Shown piece by piece: positions 25,931 to 39,675 of a DNA stretch of 64,000 bases; position 1 is the stretch's first letter, and every line of letters starts with the position of its first letter. The position numbers were made by a program, and so were the translations under genes. Under the pieces are notes generated by a model. It saw nothing but the letters and a program-made list of their open reading frames with translations, made no database searches and was not told where the DNA came from. This DNA comes from Veleropilina oligotropha (taxonomy: Eukaryota): the NCBI GenBank assembly GCA_048128005.1, contig JBEUKZ010000049.1, positions 124,001 through 188,000 of the forward strand, read 5' to 3'.

Positions 25931-28820
25931 ATGCTCTATCTGTGTACAAGTATTATATTATATTTGATCTGTTTAATTGTATGCTATATATGTTACTATC
26001 ATCATTGTCAAATTGTACCCGACTCCATCATATTACCGGATGAATCAAATACCTTTTATAGCTGTCACAGTGGGTCGACGATTACCGAAACAGATATATG
26101 CGACATCGAAAATACTTCTCATCATGAATCTATTCATAACGCTTGCCTAAACACACAAAGCATTCCAAAAAGTGGCACTACATTTGGATTGATAAAAAGA
26201 GGTCTACATATTGCAAACCTAAATGTTAGACATATTATTCCAAAATTAGATGATTTAAAACTTGTTATGGCTGAACCAAGGGCGGTTGACATCTTTGGAG
26301 TCTGTGAAACGTTTCTCTCCGAAAATAATGGCAACGAAAGCCTTAATATAGATAACTTTGAATTCGAGCGACGTGATAGAAAAAATTGATGTGGAGGAGG
26401 CCTAATAATTTATGTGTCAAATAAAATTAAATTTGAGAGAAGAAACGATCTCGAGATTAGTGATATAGAAAGTCTATGGATTCAAGTAAATCTTCCATGC
26501 GCAAAACCTCTTTTATATTGCTCAATGTATAGACCTCCAAATTCAACATATGTTTGGATAGATATGTTTGAAATGGAATTAGCGAATGCACTAAGCCTAG
26601 AAGATGTTGAAGTAATTATTTCAGGCGACTTTAACATCAACTACTTTAAGAGCCCCCCTTTAAAATGGTTGCAGGCCCTAGAACTTTATAATTTCAAACA
26701 ATTAGTTTCCACAGCCACAAGAATTAATAAAGACTCTGAATCCTTAATTGATCATATTTACACCAATCGGCCAGAAAATATACATGAAATTCATGTCCCA
26801 TTCTACGCTATAAGTGACCACTACCCTGTATGTGCAACACGTCGCATTGAACAACCTCTTAGAAAGAAAAGCCATATTGAAATTCAATATAGAAATTTTA
26901 AAAAGTTTAACGAAGATTATTTTCTACATGATCTCCGGAATCAACCTTTCGGTGATATTGAGAATGAAACAGATTGTAACATAGCTATTCAGAAGTGGTA
27001 TAAGCTGTTTAAAAATGTTTTAGACTTTCATGCGCCAATTAAAACGAAACGGGTTAAGAATCAATTTAAACCTAAATGGCTTACTCCTGATATTAATAAT
27101 GCCAGACACTTGCGCGATTCATACCATAAGAAAAAAGATTGGATTAATTATAAATTTTGGAGAAATCATGTGACATATTTAATTCATAGAGCAAAAAATA
27201 ACTATTACAAACAAGCTATAGAGGAAAATAAAAATTCAAGTCAAGTATGGAAGCATTTAAATGAATTAAATTCCCGCAAACCACAATCAAATCCTTCGCA
27301 GTTGCAATATGATGGTGTAACTTCAAATACAACACAAGAATCAGCAAATATGTTTAATAAACACTTTAGTGAGCTATCTGAAAAGCTGAGTTTTCAAACT
27401 AAAACATTTAATCCTGATATATTAAATAACAAGCTAAGGGAAAAAACATCTAACCTACCACCATTTAAATTATGTAATACATTAGAAGTTGACATTTTGA
27501 AAACATTGGAAACTGCTAATGTCAATAAATCTGCTGGAATTGATAACATTGGGCCAAAAATCTTAAAACTCTGCGCACCAGTGGTTGCAAAATCTTTAAC
27601 CCATATTATAAATCTGAGTATACAAAGTAATGTATTCCCCGATCTACTAAAATGTGCTAAGGTAACGCCTATCTTTAAAAGCGGGCAAAGGGACGATCCT
27701 AGTAATTATAGACCGATATCGGTTCTTCCATCATTGTCTAAATTGTTTGAAAAGCATGCTGCGAAATTAATGTATGAATACTTAAATGATAATAACCTCC
27801 TACATAATGAGCAATCAGGATTCAGAAAATCGTATTCCTGTCAAACCGCACTTACTAAATTAACGGAAACTTGGCTAAAGGAAATGGATGATGGAAACCT
27901 TACGGGTGTGGTGTACCTGGACTTTAAAAAACCTTTTGACTTAGTTGATCACGATATTCTTATCGCAAAATTACAATCTTACAATTTCGATAAAAATGTC
28001 ATAACTTGGTTAACGTCTTACCTCAGCGAACGAACACAATATGTTTGTCTAGGCAACGCAAAATCAACTCTATCTGTAGTCAAAACAGGCGTGCCTCAAG
28101 GATCAGTGTTGGGCCCCCTATTATTTATTTTATTCATAAATGATTTACCGTTTAGTGTACATGAATCTAACATCGACTTGTTTGCTGACGATAGTACACT
28201 TCATACTTCTGATCCGTCATTAGAGAAAATAAACTTATCCTTGAAAGAATACCTATTACGCATTGAAGACTGGTGCAGAAACAATAACATGGTTCTTAAT
28301 GTAAACAAGACTAAATGTATGCTTATATCTACAGTGCAAAAGCTAGCCCATATGGAGAATACCGAAATAACTCTGCATGTAAATAATACAGATATTGAAA
28401 ATGTCTCCAGTCACAAGCTTCTGGGTGTTTGTATTGATAGCTTTCTTCACTGGGATATACAAGTTAATAAAATTTGCAAAATTCTGATATCAAAATTAGC
28501 ACTATTATCCAGAATTAAGAAATATCTGCCACTCAAAACTAGAATTCTTTATTTTAATGCCTATATTCAGCAAATCATTAAATGGAATTGCCCCACCTTA
28601 TCTTCAAAACCTTTTCAGTACGGTCAAGACAGATTATTCACTGCGTTCGGTTGCAAATGAAAACCTTTCTTTACCAAATTTCTCAAAACAGCTTTATAGG
28701 AAAAGTCTAAAACTATCAGGTGTCACTATTTGGAATAGCTTACCGAGAAGTATAAGATCTTCGAATACTCTCAATTCATTCAAACAACGGTGCTATAATT
28801 ACCTGTTGAATGCAGACTAG
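25931..28820 (+). pseudogene. LINE ORF2 (APE endonuclease + RT) with one stop codon and a 3' deletion/frameshift
   Basis: NLNVR, GVCETFL, YRPP, GDFN, SDHYP, YRPIS, QSGFR, GVPQGSVLGP and LFADD. There is a TGA at 26387-26389 and a frame change near 28565. Confidence 0.92.
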
Positions 28821-29246
28821 GCTTACTATATATTCTGTTTTGTTAAATATATTATGCTTAGGTGTATTACCACGGAGTCCACATGATTGTATATATTGTA
28901 TATAGTATTGTAGTAATTTTATTTAGTTATATATCCTGATATTTTATTCCTGTTATTGTTTTATTTTCATGTAATATGTGTGTAGTTGTAGTGAAGGCCA
29001 CAAGGGAGAATAGTCATTTTCATGTACTAATTGTGTTACCTTCTTTAAATAAAGTATTATTATTATTATTATTATTATGTGACAATTGTCGTTCGCAAGG
29101 GAGTAATTAAGGAAGTAGACGTCATTACTAGTATCTTGCATCAGCGACATTAATTAACATAAAGCCCGCCGCAAACGAGAGCCATCAGCTCAGCAAAATT
29201 TCATTCGTGACCATTTGCTTAATAAGCAGATAGCTTTCGTGTGCTG

Positions 29247-30993
29247 TGTTGCAACAGTAAATGTAATAAAAACCATTAATGTAATAATTATTACATTTAC
29301 GGTTGCACTGCAACCGTTAATGTAATAATTATTACATTTATGGTTGCACTGCAACCGTAAATGTAATAATTATTACATTTACGGTTACACTGCAACCGTT
29401 AATGTAATAATTATTACATTTACAGTTGCGATACCACACTCCACTAAAACTGTCATGGTAGTTACATGTGTTAAATGTAATAATTATATACTATTAAAGT
29501 TTGACATCATGATTGTTGCACCGTACCGTATGCATACCCTTGCAAGTTGAATTATTACCTTCACCTACGGTGTAGTGGGAGAAAATATTGCAATTGAGTC
29601 GGTTTGTGTGTATGTTTGTCTGTATGTTCGCGACTGTTTCTCTGCATCTACTTGTCATATTTCTGTCATAATTTACACAAGGTTAAGAACAACACATTAT
29701 TCATGGAATACAACAAAAATTATCCCGATCCAGATTTAATGACGCCATTTCTGATTTTGCTTTTCCTTTTTCACCGAAGCCTGTATTAGAAGTAATGATT
29801 TCTGACTTCACAACAGTATTCATGGAAATACAACAAAAAATATCCCGATCCAGATTTAATGACGCCATTTTCTAATTTACTGTTTCCTTTTCCACCGTAG
29901 CATGTACTCGTAGTAGTGATTTCTGACTTTCATCATCGTGTTCCTTGTTGTTGGAAAGATCAAAATGTATCCAAATCAGGATCGGAGGCCGAATATGATG
30001 ACGTCATTTCCGGATTAATTTATTTTCTGCCCCACTGGATAAACAATCAGTCGTAGATATGTTTGGCTTATACCATGTGTTTGTAGTCCTCTGTTAAGAT
30101 CCGGTTTTCGCTTTGTCCTCTCTATTAGGTAAGCTATTGGTCGTTGAGATTTCTGGCTTTCGCCGTCATATTTCTTGTCACCTGGATGAAGGTTACTATA
30201 TCGGATTCCTTTGTTGCATGTGGCCGCTTCGGTATCGCTTTGGATCCGAGTACGGATTCTAAATTCACTGGCTCGATACCACTGACACGAATAGTTGTGA
30301 GATGATGCTCTGCTGGGGCATTGGCATTCTATGTTCAGTAATGAGCAACAGTTGTCCGTAACTTGCCGGAGACGGCAGGTTTCCCAGGGTAACTCGGTGG
30401 GCTTTCATCCCGCTATAATACGGACATGAGGATGAGCTTTATCAAAAATGATTGTTGAACGATCGATAATAGAGAAGCTGAAATATATCTCAAACAAGCA
30501 TTTTGTCGTCATCAAAACTTTGTACCATTGAGTACTAGGTATTAAGTTTTGTCAGGTTATTGGAGCCTCCATAATTGAAGCGCAGTAGCATTATAGAACA
30601 TCTCATTTATATTGATGAATATTTTTCTTGTCTACTAATGAAAAGTTGTGGATCAAATCGTTCGGAGTATCAAGTTTAATGAACGATATCACACATCACC
30701 AATCCGTTTTACCATTCAAAGTTCATTGACCCGATTTATGACTAAAATGCAGTTGGCGTGGTCGCTAAGCATCAATTCATCATCAAGTTTTAGGTGTGGA
30801 ATCGGTTTCGAATTTTATTACATTTACGGATGGTATGAGGCATTTCAACCGTAAATGTAACAAAATATTTGTATTACATTTACGGTTGCACTGCAACCGT
30901 AAATGTAATAATTATTACATTAACGGTTGCAGTGCAACCGTAAATGTAATAATTATTACATTTATGGTTTTTATTACATTTACGGTTGCAACA
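29247..30993. mobile_element. Foldback-type non-autonomous DNA element with TGT...ACA ends and a 6-bp TSD
   Basis: TSD gtgctg at 29241-29246 and 30994-30999. The inverted ends are built of ~41-bp palindromic units gcaaccgtaaatgtaataattattacatttacggttgc. Confidence 0.85.
29553..30215 (+). mobile_element. Helentron-associated element nested in the foldback element
   Basis: Start ...tattgcaat..gtcggtttgt(gtct)n and end tgaaggtt..tat.tcggatt...ttgtt are shared with the element at 47560-48970. It has an internal ~120-bp duplication. Confidence 0.55.
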
Positions 30994-31372
30994 GTGCTGG
31001 CAGTTATATGCAAGATTTATGTCATTCGCGGACAAAAGTCAAATATCCAACGTGTTTGATAATTTCTGCCACGAGTGAACGAAATATCTACGTGTGCGGG
31101 GAACGAAAGCTAGTTGCTTTGGACTTTTGCTTTGTTCCATAATTGATTAATCGCATGACACGCAAAATGGCAACGCCCATGGAATGTATGTCATATGCTG
31201 ACGCAAAATAGGTACGCATGCGGCTTAAAGGCCGGACTTTGCGACCCCCCGGTTACAGATTTTTCTTGCTGAGTTAGGGGCGTGGGTTAACGTCGTCAGT
31301 GTGCAGGGCCTTGCATAGGTGCTAATTATTGGTGTCGCAACTAAAACCACACTGTGATTGGTAAATCTCTAA

Positions 31373-32179
31373 TGCCCAGTTGCGTGACAATGTCTTGGGC
31401 AACCTACTCTTATACTCGAAACTCGAGTTTCTGTAACTCGCTCTTATGACTTTTCTTAAGGGACGCATAATGCGTTGCGCAAATCACACTCCACTCCGAG
31501 TTACGCAAGTCAGGATTACAGTCTGATTTGGCCATGATTGAGCATTGTTATGTATATTTATTACGAGTTCCAAGAAGTGCACGTGGACATTCAATATTAT
31601 TCATCGACCCTGTATAAAACATTGCACACAACATATATCTATCTTGTGGTACAGTCGTATCATGGGGAAAAATGTGAATTATACAGAGCTAGAACGCCAC
31701 ACTTTACTTGAACTAGTTGAATTGGATAAGGGCATTATTGAAGACAAACGCAATGATGGCCGAATGGTGGCACAGAAAGATGCTGCTTGGGAGAAGTTGA
31801 CAGACATGTTTAATTGAAAGATTTGTGGAAAAATCTGAAATCAAAAATCAAGAAAATGGTGGCCGCAGATAGGTATGCAGTTTTATTTGCAACAGCCTCT
31901 CTTCTGATCAGTCTTTCCACCATATCCACCGCATCCAACTGATCTAGCAAATCTTCGGCCATGTTTTAAAGAACTTTTGTGCACTCTGACCCTGAATCGT
32001 GTCTTAAGAACTTCTTATAACCTGCCTACCCCCAGGTTCAGAAACACCTATGCTTAGGAAGTTCTTAAGACACAAACTACAGTCGTGCAACCCAGGAAAG
32101 GTTTAAGAGACGCTTAAGAACTTCTTATGTCGTATAGTTGACCCAATCTCCTCTTAATCGAGAGACACGCAACCGGGCA
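31373..32179 (+). mobile_element. PIF/Harbinger deletion derivative with a Myb/SANT-like remnant
   Basis: TIR tgcccagttgcgtg / cacgcaaccgggca and a TAA TSD at 31370-31372 and 32180-32182. It encodes MGKNVNYTELERHTLLELV...KDAAWEKLTDMFN then LKDLWKNLK. Confidence 0.85.
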
Positions 32180-32427
32180 TAAGTCAATCGCAATATAAAC
32201 AAGTAGTTTACAGAACAGATAAATGTATTCAAATTTACTGCGAGGAGAGAAATATTGGGTGTAATGAAATAAACGATGTAGATTAATAGATACATGTTTA
32301 TTAATTCCTAATATACAAATATCGAATATTAAATAAGATAAAACAAAACATTTAATGGAAACTAACAAAACAGTATAAATAATATTACGAATAATTAATT
32401 ATCGATGTGAAATATGCAAGCAAGTGT

Positions 32428-33357
32428 TCATGACATTTCTTTGTCTCTGACTTTACGCTGTCGAAAACAATTTCTGATCACATTGATCCAAATGTTATTT
32501 TGGAATTCATAAGTCTTTTTTTGGTAATTTTTCTTTGTCTTTTTATCGTCTCTCCATACACTGCTGTACGGCCTATCAACGTTTTCATTCCAATCTAAAA
32601 CAGCTAAATCCGTGCGATGTCTGTACGCATTTCTGCCGAAAACAATACGCTTATCGTGGTAAACATTTAGAACGTTATTAAAAGATTCCACGTAGTATGT
32701 ATCCATTGCCATAATGAAGTCTTCTGCGGACGTGTAAACGACAGACTTTTTAATTGCATTTCGTAAAAGTTTTTCGGCACATTCTGATTGAATGATCTGC
32801 TTGCTTGGCTCATAGTTGGCTTGGCGTTGACAACGGCTTTCGGCATTACAGTTAGCGTGGTAATTTTTATAATGGTCGGTAATGTTGTCCAAGGAAAACC
32901 TTAGCTTTGCCGCATCACCGTCACAATTACGCATTGAATATTGCACATGTGTTCGAATTGAATTCACTTTGTCCGTGAGTTCCCGGTGCCAGGTTATTCC
33001 ATGCTTGTATTTAGGTCCATTGGCGACAAAAGATATCCTTTTCTGTATTGATTTCCCAGCGTGCCATGTATCATTTTGGTTTTTTGTCGATTGCCTGTTA
33101 TCACGTATATATTTATTAACTGGCGTATTTCGATCATGCGAGTGAACGCCTACATTTACTGGGCCACCCAAGCACTCGATTTCCGAATCAAAATATTCGT
33201 ATAGCTTTTTAGTTCCTAATAACTCATGACGTTGTGACACTGAATCGTCTTCCGTTGTAACGTATATGTCGTTTAATACCTTGTGTGATTTGTGTCCAAT
33301 ACACACAACATTTGAATCCTTGGCGTTCTTTCGCCACCCATGTCGAGCATCCGTCAT
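32428..33357 (-). CDS. Kolobok-like DDE transposase core (N-terminus probably missing or decayed)
   Basis: Motif series TDARH, HDRN, NDTWHAGK, H...H..C and TYYVESFNN..NVYHDKR..F...Y..R..LAVLDWNENVDR. It lies between the TIRs. Confidence 0.7.
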   Translation of the reverse strand: MTDARHGWRKNAKDSNVVCIGHKSHKVLNDIYVTTEDDSVSQRHELLGTKKLYEYFDSEIECLGGPVNVGVHSHDRNTPVNKYIRDNRQSTKNQNDTWHAGKSIQKRISFVANGPKYKHGITWHRELTDKVNSIRTHVQYSMRNCDGDAAKLRFSLDNITDHYKNYHANCNAESRCQRQANYEPSKQIIQSECAEKLLRNAIKKSVVYTSAEDFIMAMDTYYVESFNNVLNVYHDKRIVFGRNAYRHRTDLAVLDWNENVDRPYSSVWRDDKKTKKNYQKKTYEFQNNIWINVIRNCFRQRKVRDKEMS

Positions 33358-35333
33358 GATGCTGATATCCCCATCGCTTTCTATAGAACATCTGTGTTGG
33401 ACAATTTCTCGTTCTTCGACATGGTTTTTATACGTTTCATCTTAGATTGGCATTCGTTCTTCACGTCGACTGAGCCAGGGAAATCTAATTTAAAACTGGG
33501 AGCTCTCTTACGGCGCTGGATGTTTGGAATATCCGAGTCATTCATCATTGATTCTCGATTATAGAAGTATATAGTAGACGCATGCAATAGATTTGAAAAA
33601 TTGATCTTATAACAGTCTTCGTAGGCCTATATATATCATTCCTGAATGTGTAAACAGTCAAATAAAATGCTGCACTGTTCATTAAAACAACATTCAGTAA
33701 CTTGCGACTACTAATTTGGAACAGTCAATCATGCCCCTCAACATGCAACAGCAAAAATGAATAGAATTAATTGCGTTTATTTAATATTACATTAGCACAT
33801 TATGTCCAATATCAACTAAAAATACATCCAGCTTCTTCATGTTGAACTACAGACAAAAGCGAGTAATCAATCGATTTGTGAGTATAGCATTATGATGATA
33901 AAGACAAAAGATAGGAAATGAAAGGATAAAGTGAGCGTGCAGTCTGTTTTTGTAACTACATACACATCTTTTATTTTTGTCCAAGCCACCACGCAGATGA
34001 ATAGGTAAAAGAACAGTTGTGATAGCCTGTCTATTATATTTACAAGTAGTTTTTGGTCACGTTTTAACGAGCTTTTAAGCAGAAGTTCTAACACGTTGGA
34101 TATTTGACTTTTGTCCACGAATGACAGAATTCATGCATAAAACTGCTCGCACACGAAAGCCATCTGCTTAAGCAAATGGTCACGAATGAAATTTTGCTGA
34201 GCTGATGGCTTTCAATTTGGAGGTTAAATACTAAAAGTTCTCCATATATCATATCACTGGGATATTAACCACTTTAGAAACTGAAAAGAACGAGAGTGTT
34301 GAATATGGCCCGACAGCTACGAAAAAATTGATGTTTTGAGGGCACCATCCAATATAGGTCCCAAATGGATAGTTCATCCCAGTTTATTCACTGTTACCAG
34401 TTGATTTCCATCCCAGGGGACCCCAATGATCCAGAAAAACACGGGGTCGGAGGGTTGTGTGGGGGGGGGGAGGGGTGCGGATAAACCATACCTGGCCCAT
34501 GGCCTAATAGTGATGCCAACAGTTTTCTGTTTCAAAGCATTTTTTTTATAAATTTCTGCGTCAAATTAACGAAAACATTTTAGTATCTTGGAATAAATAA
34601 TTTGCAAGTAAGCCTGATTCACAGTTCAGCGGCGACCCCATTGTCAACCATCTGTTGCGCTCATGTCGTTAGCTGGCGATAGCTGGGCACGCAGTCGCAC
34701 GTGTCTCTCTAATCTCCAACGCTAATTTGTAAACGAGCGCTGCACTACCGAAACGAAATTAAACGCAATGGGGTTCATAGTTTCCATGCGTAATATTACA
34801 ATCTGGCCTCATTTCTAACCAAATGGATTCAGATGAAGACATAGAAATACCTCTCCTACATATATTTTTGCGACAAAAGAAAAGGCGCAAAAGAACAAAA
34901 TGGTGTGATATTTATTTTATGGAAACCAGCCTGTAATCTGAAGACAAAATGATAATTTAACGTAAACTGATAATTTAACGTAACCTAATTAACACAAGAA
35001 CAATCCACAATCCTCTTCTCTGAGATTTAGTTTTTCCAGGGTTGCCATTAGTTTTTAATGAGATGTCTGACTACAATACGATTTCAAAATTATTAAGGTC
35101 GTAACACAAACCGAAGACAACTTGCATGTGAATAAGTGACGGTTGATTTAAAGCACAATAACGTTCATTCCTCTTAAATTGTGTAGAATGTACGTTATCG
35201 TGGGCTGAAAAAATTATTATGATTTCATAATTTGACAATGTAATTTTATTCTACATGAATGCATAACATACTTATATTCGCCTGTATTATAACTGTATAC
35301 TACGGAACACTTGGGTACAACTTTATGAACATA

Positions 35334-35745
35334 CAGATAGTTAATAATATATTTCCTTTTCATACTGATATGTTTTAGTTATATATTGCAATAAATGTCT
35401 CGTTCAATTAATACAAAATGTAAAAAAAAAGGATATGTATGTACGATATGTATATATGCACCAATAAACGATATCGCGGTTAAACTAGTAAATGTTCGTT
35501 TATTCTAACACCATTTAATATTATACTAATTATACTAGGCGTACTTTATTAACATCCAGATAGTTAATAGTTAATAATATATTTCCATTTCATTTTGATA
35601 TGTTTTCGTTATATAATATTGCAATTAATGTCTCGTTCAATGAATGCAAAATTTAAAAATTTGATATGTATGCACCAATAAACGACATGGGTTCAACAAT
35701 AGATATTGTTGATTTATTCTTGCACCATTAATATTATATTAATAT
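35334..35745. repeat. Two-copy ~220-bp tandem duplication
   Basis: cagatagttaata...gtctcgttcaat...gcaccaataaacga is repeated at ~35334 and ~35557. Confidence 0.75.
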
Positions 35746-37759
35746 TATAATATGCGTATGTGAGCAATTACATCACAAAGATTTGCTTAAAAACCCAATA
35801 TTTAATTCTAAACGGCCCCAGAACTGATGACTTTGATGCAAATCAAACGGGAAAAGTTGAAATCTGGTCAACTCGAAGAAGTCCGAAAAGCGCAGATTTC
35901 AAAATAGCGCGTCTGGTGGACGCGTTTTTACGCGGCACATTCCACAAATTCCACGCTAGCGACTTGCGCCGACCATGCGAAATTTAAATACTATTTCACA
36001 CTTTAAAAAGCAACTCAAAGCAACATTTCTTCAACAATATGCTGATTTGCAAGATTAATTATAAATATACAAAAATTAGTAAACTATTTACACACTTATT
36101 TCCACATTTATAATATTCACTATTGCTTAATTTTATTTGTTACGGTTTTCAAAACATTAAAAATTCATATTGTCTCCTCAGGGTGTCTTGCTTACAAGCT
36201 CAAAATAATTTCTTTTAAGACATTTTGCCATCACATTCAAAATATGTTGTATATAAACTCATTGACCTGAAAATGAATGTATAGTATTTTCATATGTATA
36301 TATATTTGTGATGACAAATAAAATGAAATGATTTGATTTCATTACTATGAATCAGCCTTTAATTTAAGTTTCGATAAACTGTACTAAATTTATTAAAATC
36401 TGGCGCTTTCTCTCTTCGAATATACACGGCGATATTAGAGGTTAACTAGGCCTACTGGCGGTTCAGAAAAATCTAACGCTACTGGGATAACTCCATAATA
36501 CGGAGCCCCCAAGGTAATTAATGTAGTTTTAGCCTTGGCGCTATCGGTTAAATAAATGCCAAATTATTGACCCTCGGGGGTATTATACGTATTTGCAACA
36601 TTATACAATTATTGACTGTTTTTTTCGATGAATATAATGATTTATCCATCAAGGAATGTGATATTCACCGAGGCGAATATCACAATTCGAGGTGAATAAA
36701 TCATTATATTCACCGAAATAACAATCATTAATTATATTGTTATATGACGTCAATTAATCACAATTTCCCTCATGTTTACTGTGGAGAATAGTTACACAGG
36801 CCACATTAAAAAATATTTACTTCTAGACTATAAGAGCAGAACAAATGAACAGATTCAACTTTTTGCCAATGGGAGCTGAACAAGTCAACGGATTCATTAT
36901 ATTGACCTGGCGAGCGATGACGTGCCAGTCGTCTGACCAATCAGAATAAAACAGACCAACGGATTCGTTATATTAACCTAACACAACACGAACATTACGT
37001 CATAACCAATGTCACGTGATCGACTTTCAGTGAGAATGAGCGAAACATCAGGTCATGTAACATTACCTTATGTCCACTTATTTATTTGTCATTTAAAATA
37101 TATAAATTCATGCGACTCGTAGGCCTGCAACCATATTTTTCGCTGTTGGACATTATATTGGGCAATCCATAATAATGGTTGATTTGATAAAGTGCATATA
37201 TTCACATGTGAATAAATAATGTCTTAATTACAATATAGGCCCGATGTAGTTGACATATAAACTACCTCTTTAATGTGGTTGTTTGGTTTGAACTGATGTC
37301 CAATGTCCCGTTTTTAACAACCGTCATGTTTATTCCAGGGCATGTAATATTATCGCTGGAGGAAAGCTCGGTCCTCATAAACACCACCTAATGTGTTTCC
37401 AATTAAATGATATCCACAAAGTATTGATAACATATTTTCAACAGACAACGAAGTGAATTATACTGTACGACCATTTTGTTGTGCAGTGCACATGTTAAAA
37501 ATTTCCTCGTTACATTACATATCATCCGGAAACTCTGAATAATCCTTGAATACTTCCACATCATCTTGATGCACATTTTATGAACAGCTATGTGTTTCGT
37601 ACAACTCTTGGGCATTGTGTATGATATTAAAAAATTATCCATATCTGATAAATCGTTTACATTTTATTTCTAAATGATGAATGGATTCAATAAGGATAGA
37701 ACAATGTTCAATGATCACGCCAAAACGTTCGGTCTTTTTATTCACTGCATGAAGAACCA

Positions 37760-38204
37760 AATATAATCTGAGATGGATACTACAAACATAGAGAGAATGT
37801 CCGATACCCGTCGATCTTTTCTAACAGATGGACATTTCGATATGCTGTTTATCATGGAACTCAGAAATTAATGAAAGTAACAAACTTGTTAAATATAAAT
37901 TGTTCAAAACCACCTTCTATTCGAACCATATCTTGATTATGTCACTGTTGATAAATTAAGAATGGTCATAACTCGTTTCCGTTGCAGCTCGCATAGACAG
38001 AAAACTGAAACAGGACGATATAACAAAATTCCCAGGAGGGATAGGATTTGCATAATGCTCACCATGAACGTAGTGGAGGACGAGTACCAATTTTTATTAA
38101 TTTGTCTAAATTTACAAGATTTAAGATGGAAGTTTAAAAAAAAATATTACTGCCATTGGGCCTACCATTCAAAATTTTATAAATATGATGACAGATCATT
38201 CTAA
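37760..38204 (+). pseudogene. 3' end remnant of an RTE-X-like LINE ORF2
   Basis: ITRFRCSSH...ETGRY..IPR.DRIC.....VEDEYQFLLIC...DLR is a C-terminal zinc-finger-like motif. Confidence 0.7.
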
Positions 38205-39573
38205 GGTATTCGAGTACATGATAGTGTAACTTTATTTAAATTCGCGCCAATGAAGTCATCAGTGAATGATCCGTCATTTTTGTGGAATAATTGTAACCAG
38301 AATACAACGCATTCCCTGCGCCTTGCTTCTTCGCCCAACTTGGATTAATTTCGTAAATAATTATTTATTTATAACGAAATAATTATTTCGTTATATCGTA
38401 ATCTTATATAACGATATCATATTTCGTTATATCGAAATCTTATTTCTTAAAAAAAAGAGTTTCATTGTAGCATAATGGTGCATAATGGTATATTAATTAG
38501 TCTCCTTGATTACTAGCATCCAAGATTGACCTATCAATTAACCTATTAAGTATCCTCATTGCTTAGTCTAATTTGGCCAGCGTGCGTCAGAGTGACATCG
38601 CAGATCACGCGCAAGCAATTAAAAACCAATTAGCCTCAGATATTGTTTCTTAGCTCCAGATATTGTTTCAGAGTCACGAGTGTTTAATCTGGCACCCGAG
38701 AAGTGCGCGAGATCACGCGCAAGCGATTAGATCCAGTTAATCCATTTTGACCTAGTTTTCTTTTGTTATAACTGTTGATTATTCTACACGAATCCACTGC
38801 TACAAAATCATTGTGTCTGCTTAAAAGACCAATTAAACAAGCGTTATGTGCATTAATTCCATGCTATGGACGATTCCATTCCAGGAAATGAGGAAAGCAT
38901 GTTTAACGCAGTATATAATCCAAAGAGGTAGATTTATCTGCGGACGAGTCCATTCTAGTACACGTGGACACTGAAAAGAAAATATTAATTATTTTAACGC
39001 GTAGACAACACTTTTGCACTGACAACAAACTTCAAGCACATTAAATTCGTTACCCAAATGAAGAAAATGTAATACACGTTTAACGTTCAGAAGAATCTGG
39101 CAATACTCCATATAATGCTGTTGTTCATATGAACGAGGTTCCATTGCTTTACTTTGAAACGAACACCGAAAGCTATTTAAATATTATATCACAGAAATGT
39201 CGTTAAAATACAACATATATTTGCAATATTATACTATACCTGATGCTCTCTGCAGAGGTAAATCCCACGTGTGCTCTGGTCAAACATCTGAAGCCAAGTG
39301 TAGCGTGCTTTGAAATGTACATCATCGTGACGCAAAATATTTCGCCCTGCTTGCCGGTATAATTGCACTTAACGAGCACATTAAACGTCTATTCATAAAG
39401 ATGATTCTATTTAATTAGACCGATGTCCGACAGGGGATTCCGGAGAGAAACATCATATCCTATTCACGTCAAATGTATATATTTGAGTAATTTGACGATG
39501 TAATTTAATATTAATAGACTAGTATTGTCTAAACACATAACACAGTTTATTTTGGCTAAGATGGATTAAATAA

Positions 39574-39675
39574 GTTAACCAACTTGGAACTGAGCATTCG
39601 TGAAAAATAATGCACTCTGGCCTGTCGGCCCTCGTGCATTATTTTTCACGAATGCTCAGTTCCACGTTGGTTAAC
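39574..39675. repeat. Near-perfect ~100-bp palindrome (hairpin element)
   Basis: gttaaccaac.tggaactgagcattcgtgaaaaataatgcac, a loop, then gtgcattatttttcacgaatgctcagttcca.gttggttaac. Confidence 0.9.

Larger units (their letters stand above)
23570..29078 (+). mobile_element. Near full-length CR1/L2-group LINE
   Basis: 5' UTR with short tandem repeats (ggccgacactgcacttcggt x3), ORF1, ORF2, AATAAA at ~29048 and a (TAT)n tail. The 5' boundary is approximate. Confidence 0.88.
29162..34223 (-). mobile_element. Kolobok-like DNA transposon with ~150-bp imperfect TIRs
   Basis: 29180-29246 plus 31000-31068 is the reverse complement of ~34079-34210. TTAA lies at 34224-34227 and the left site is degenerate. 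A transposase-like ORF is internal. Confidence 0.75.
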
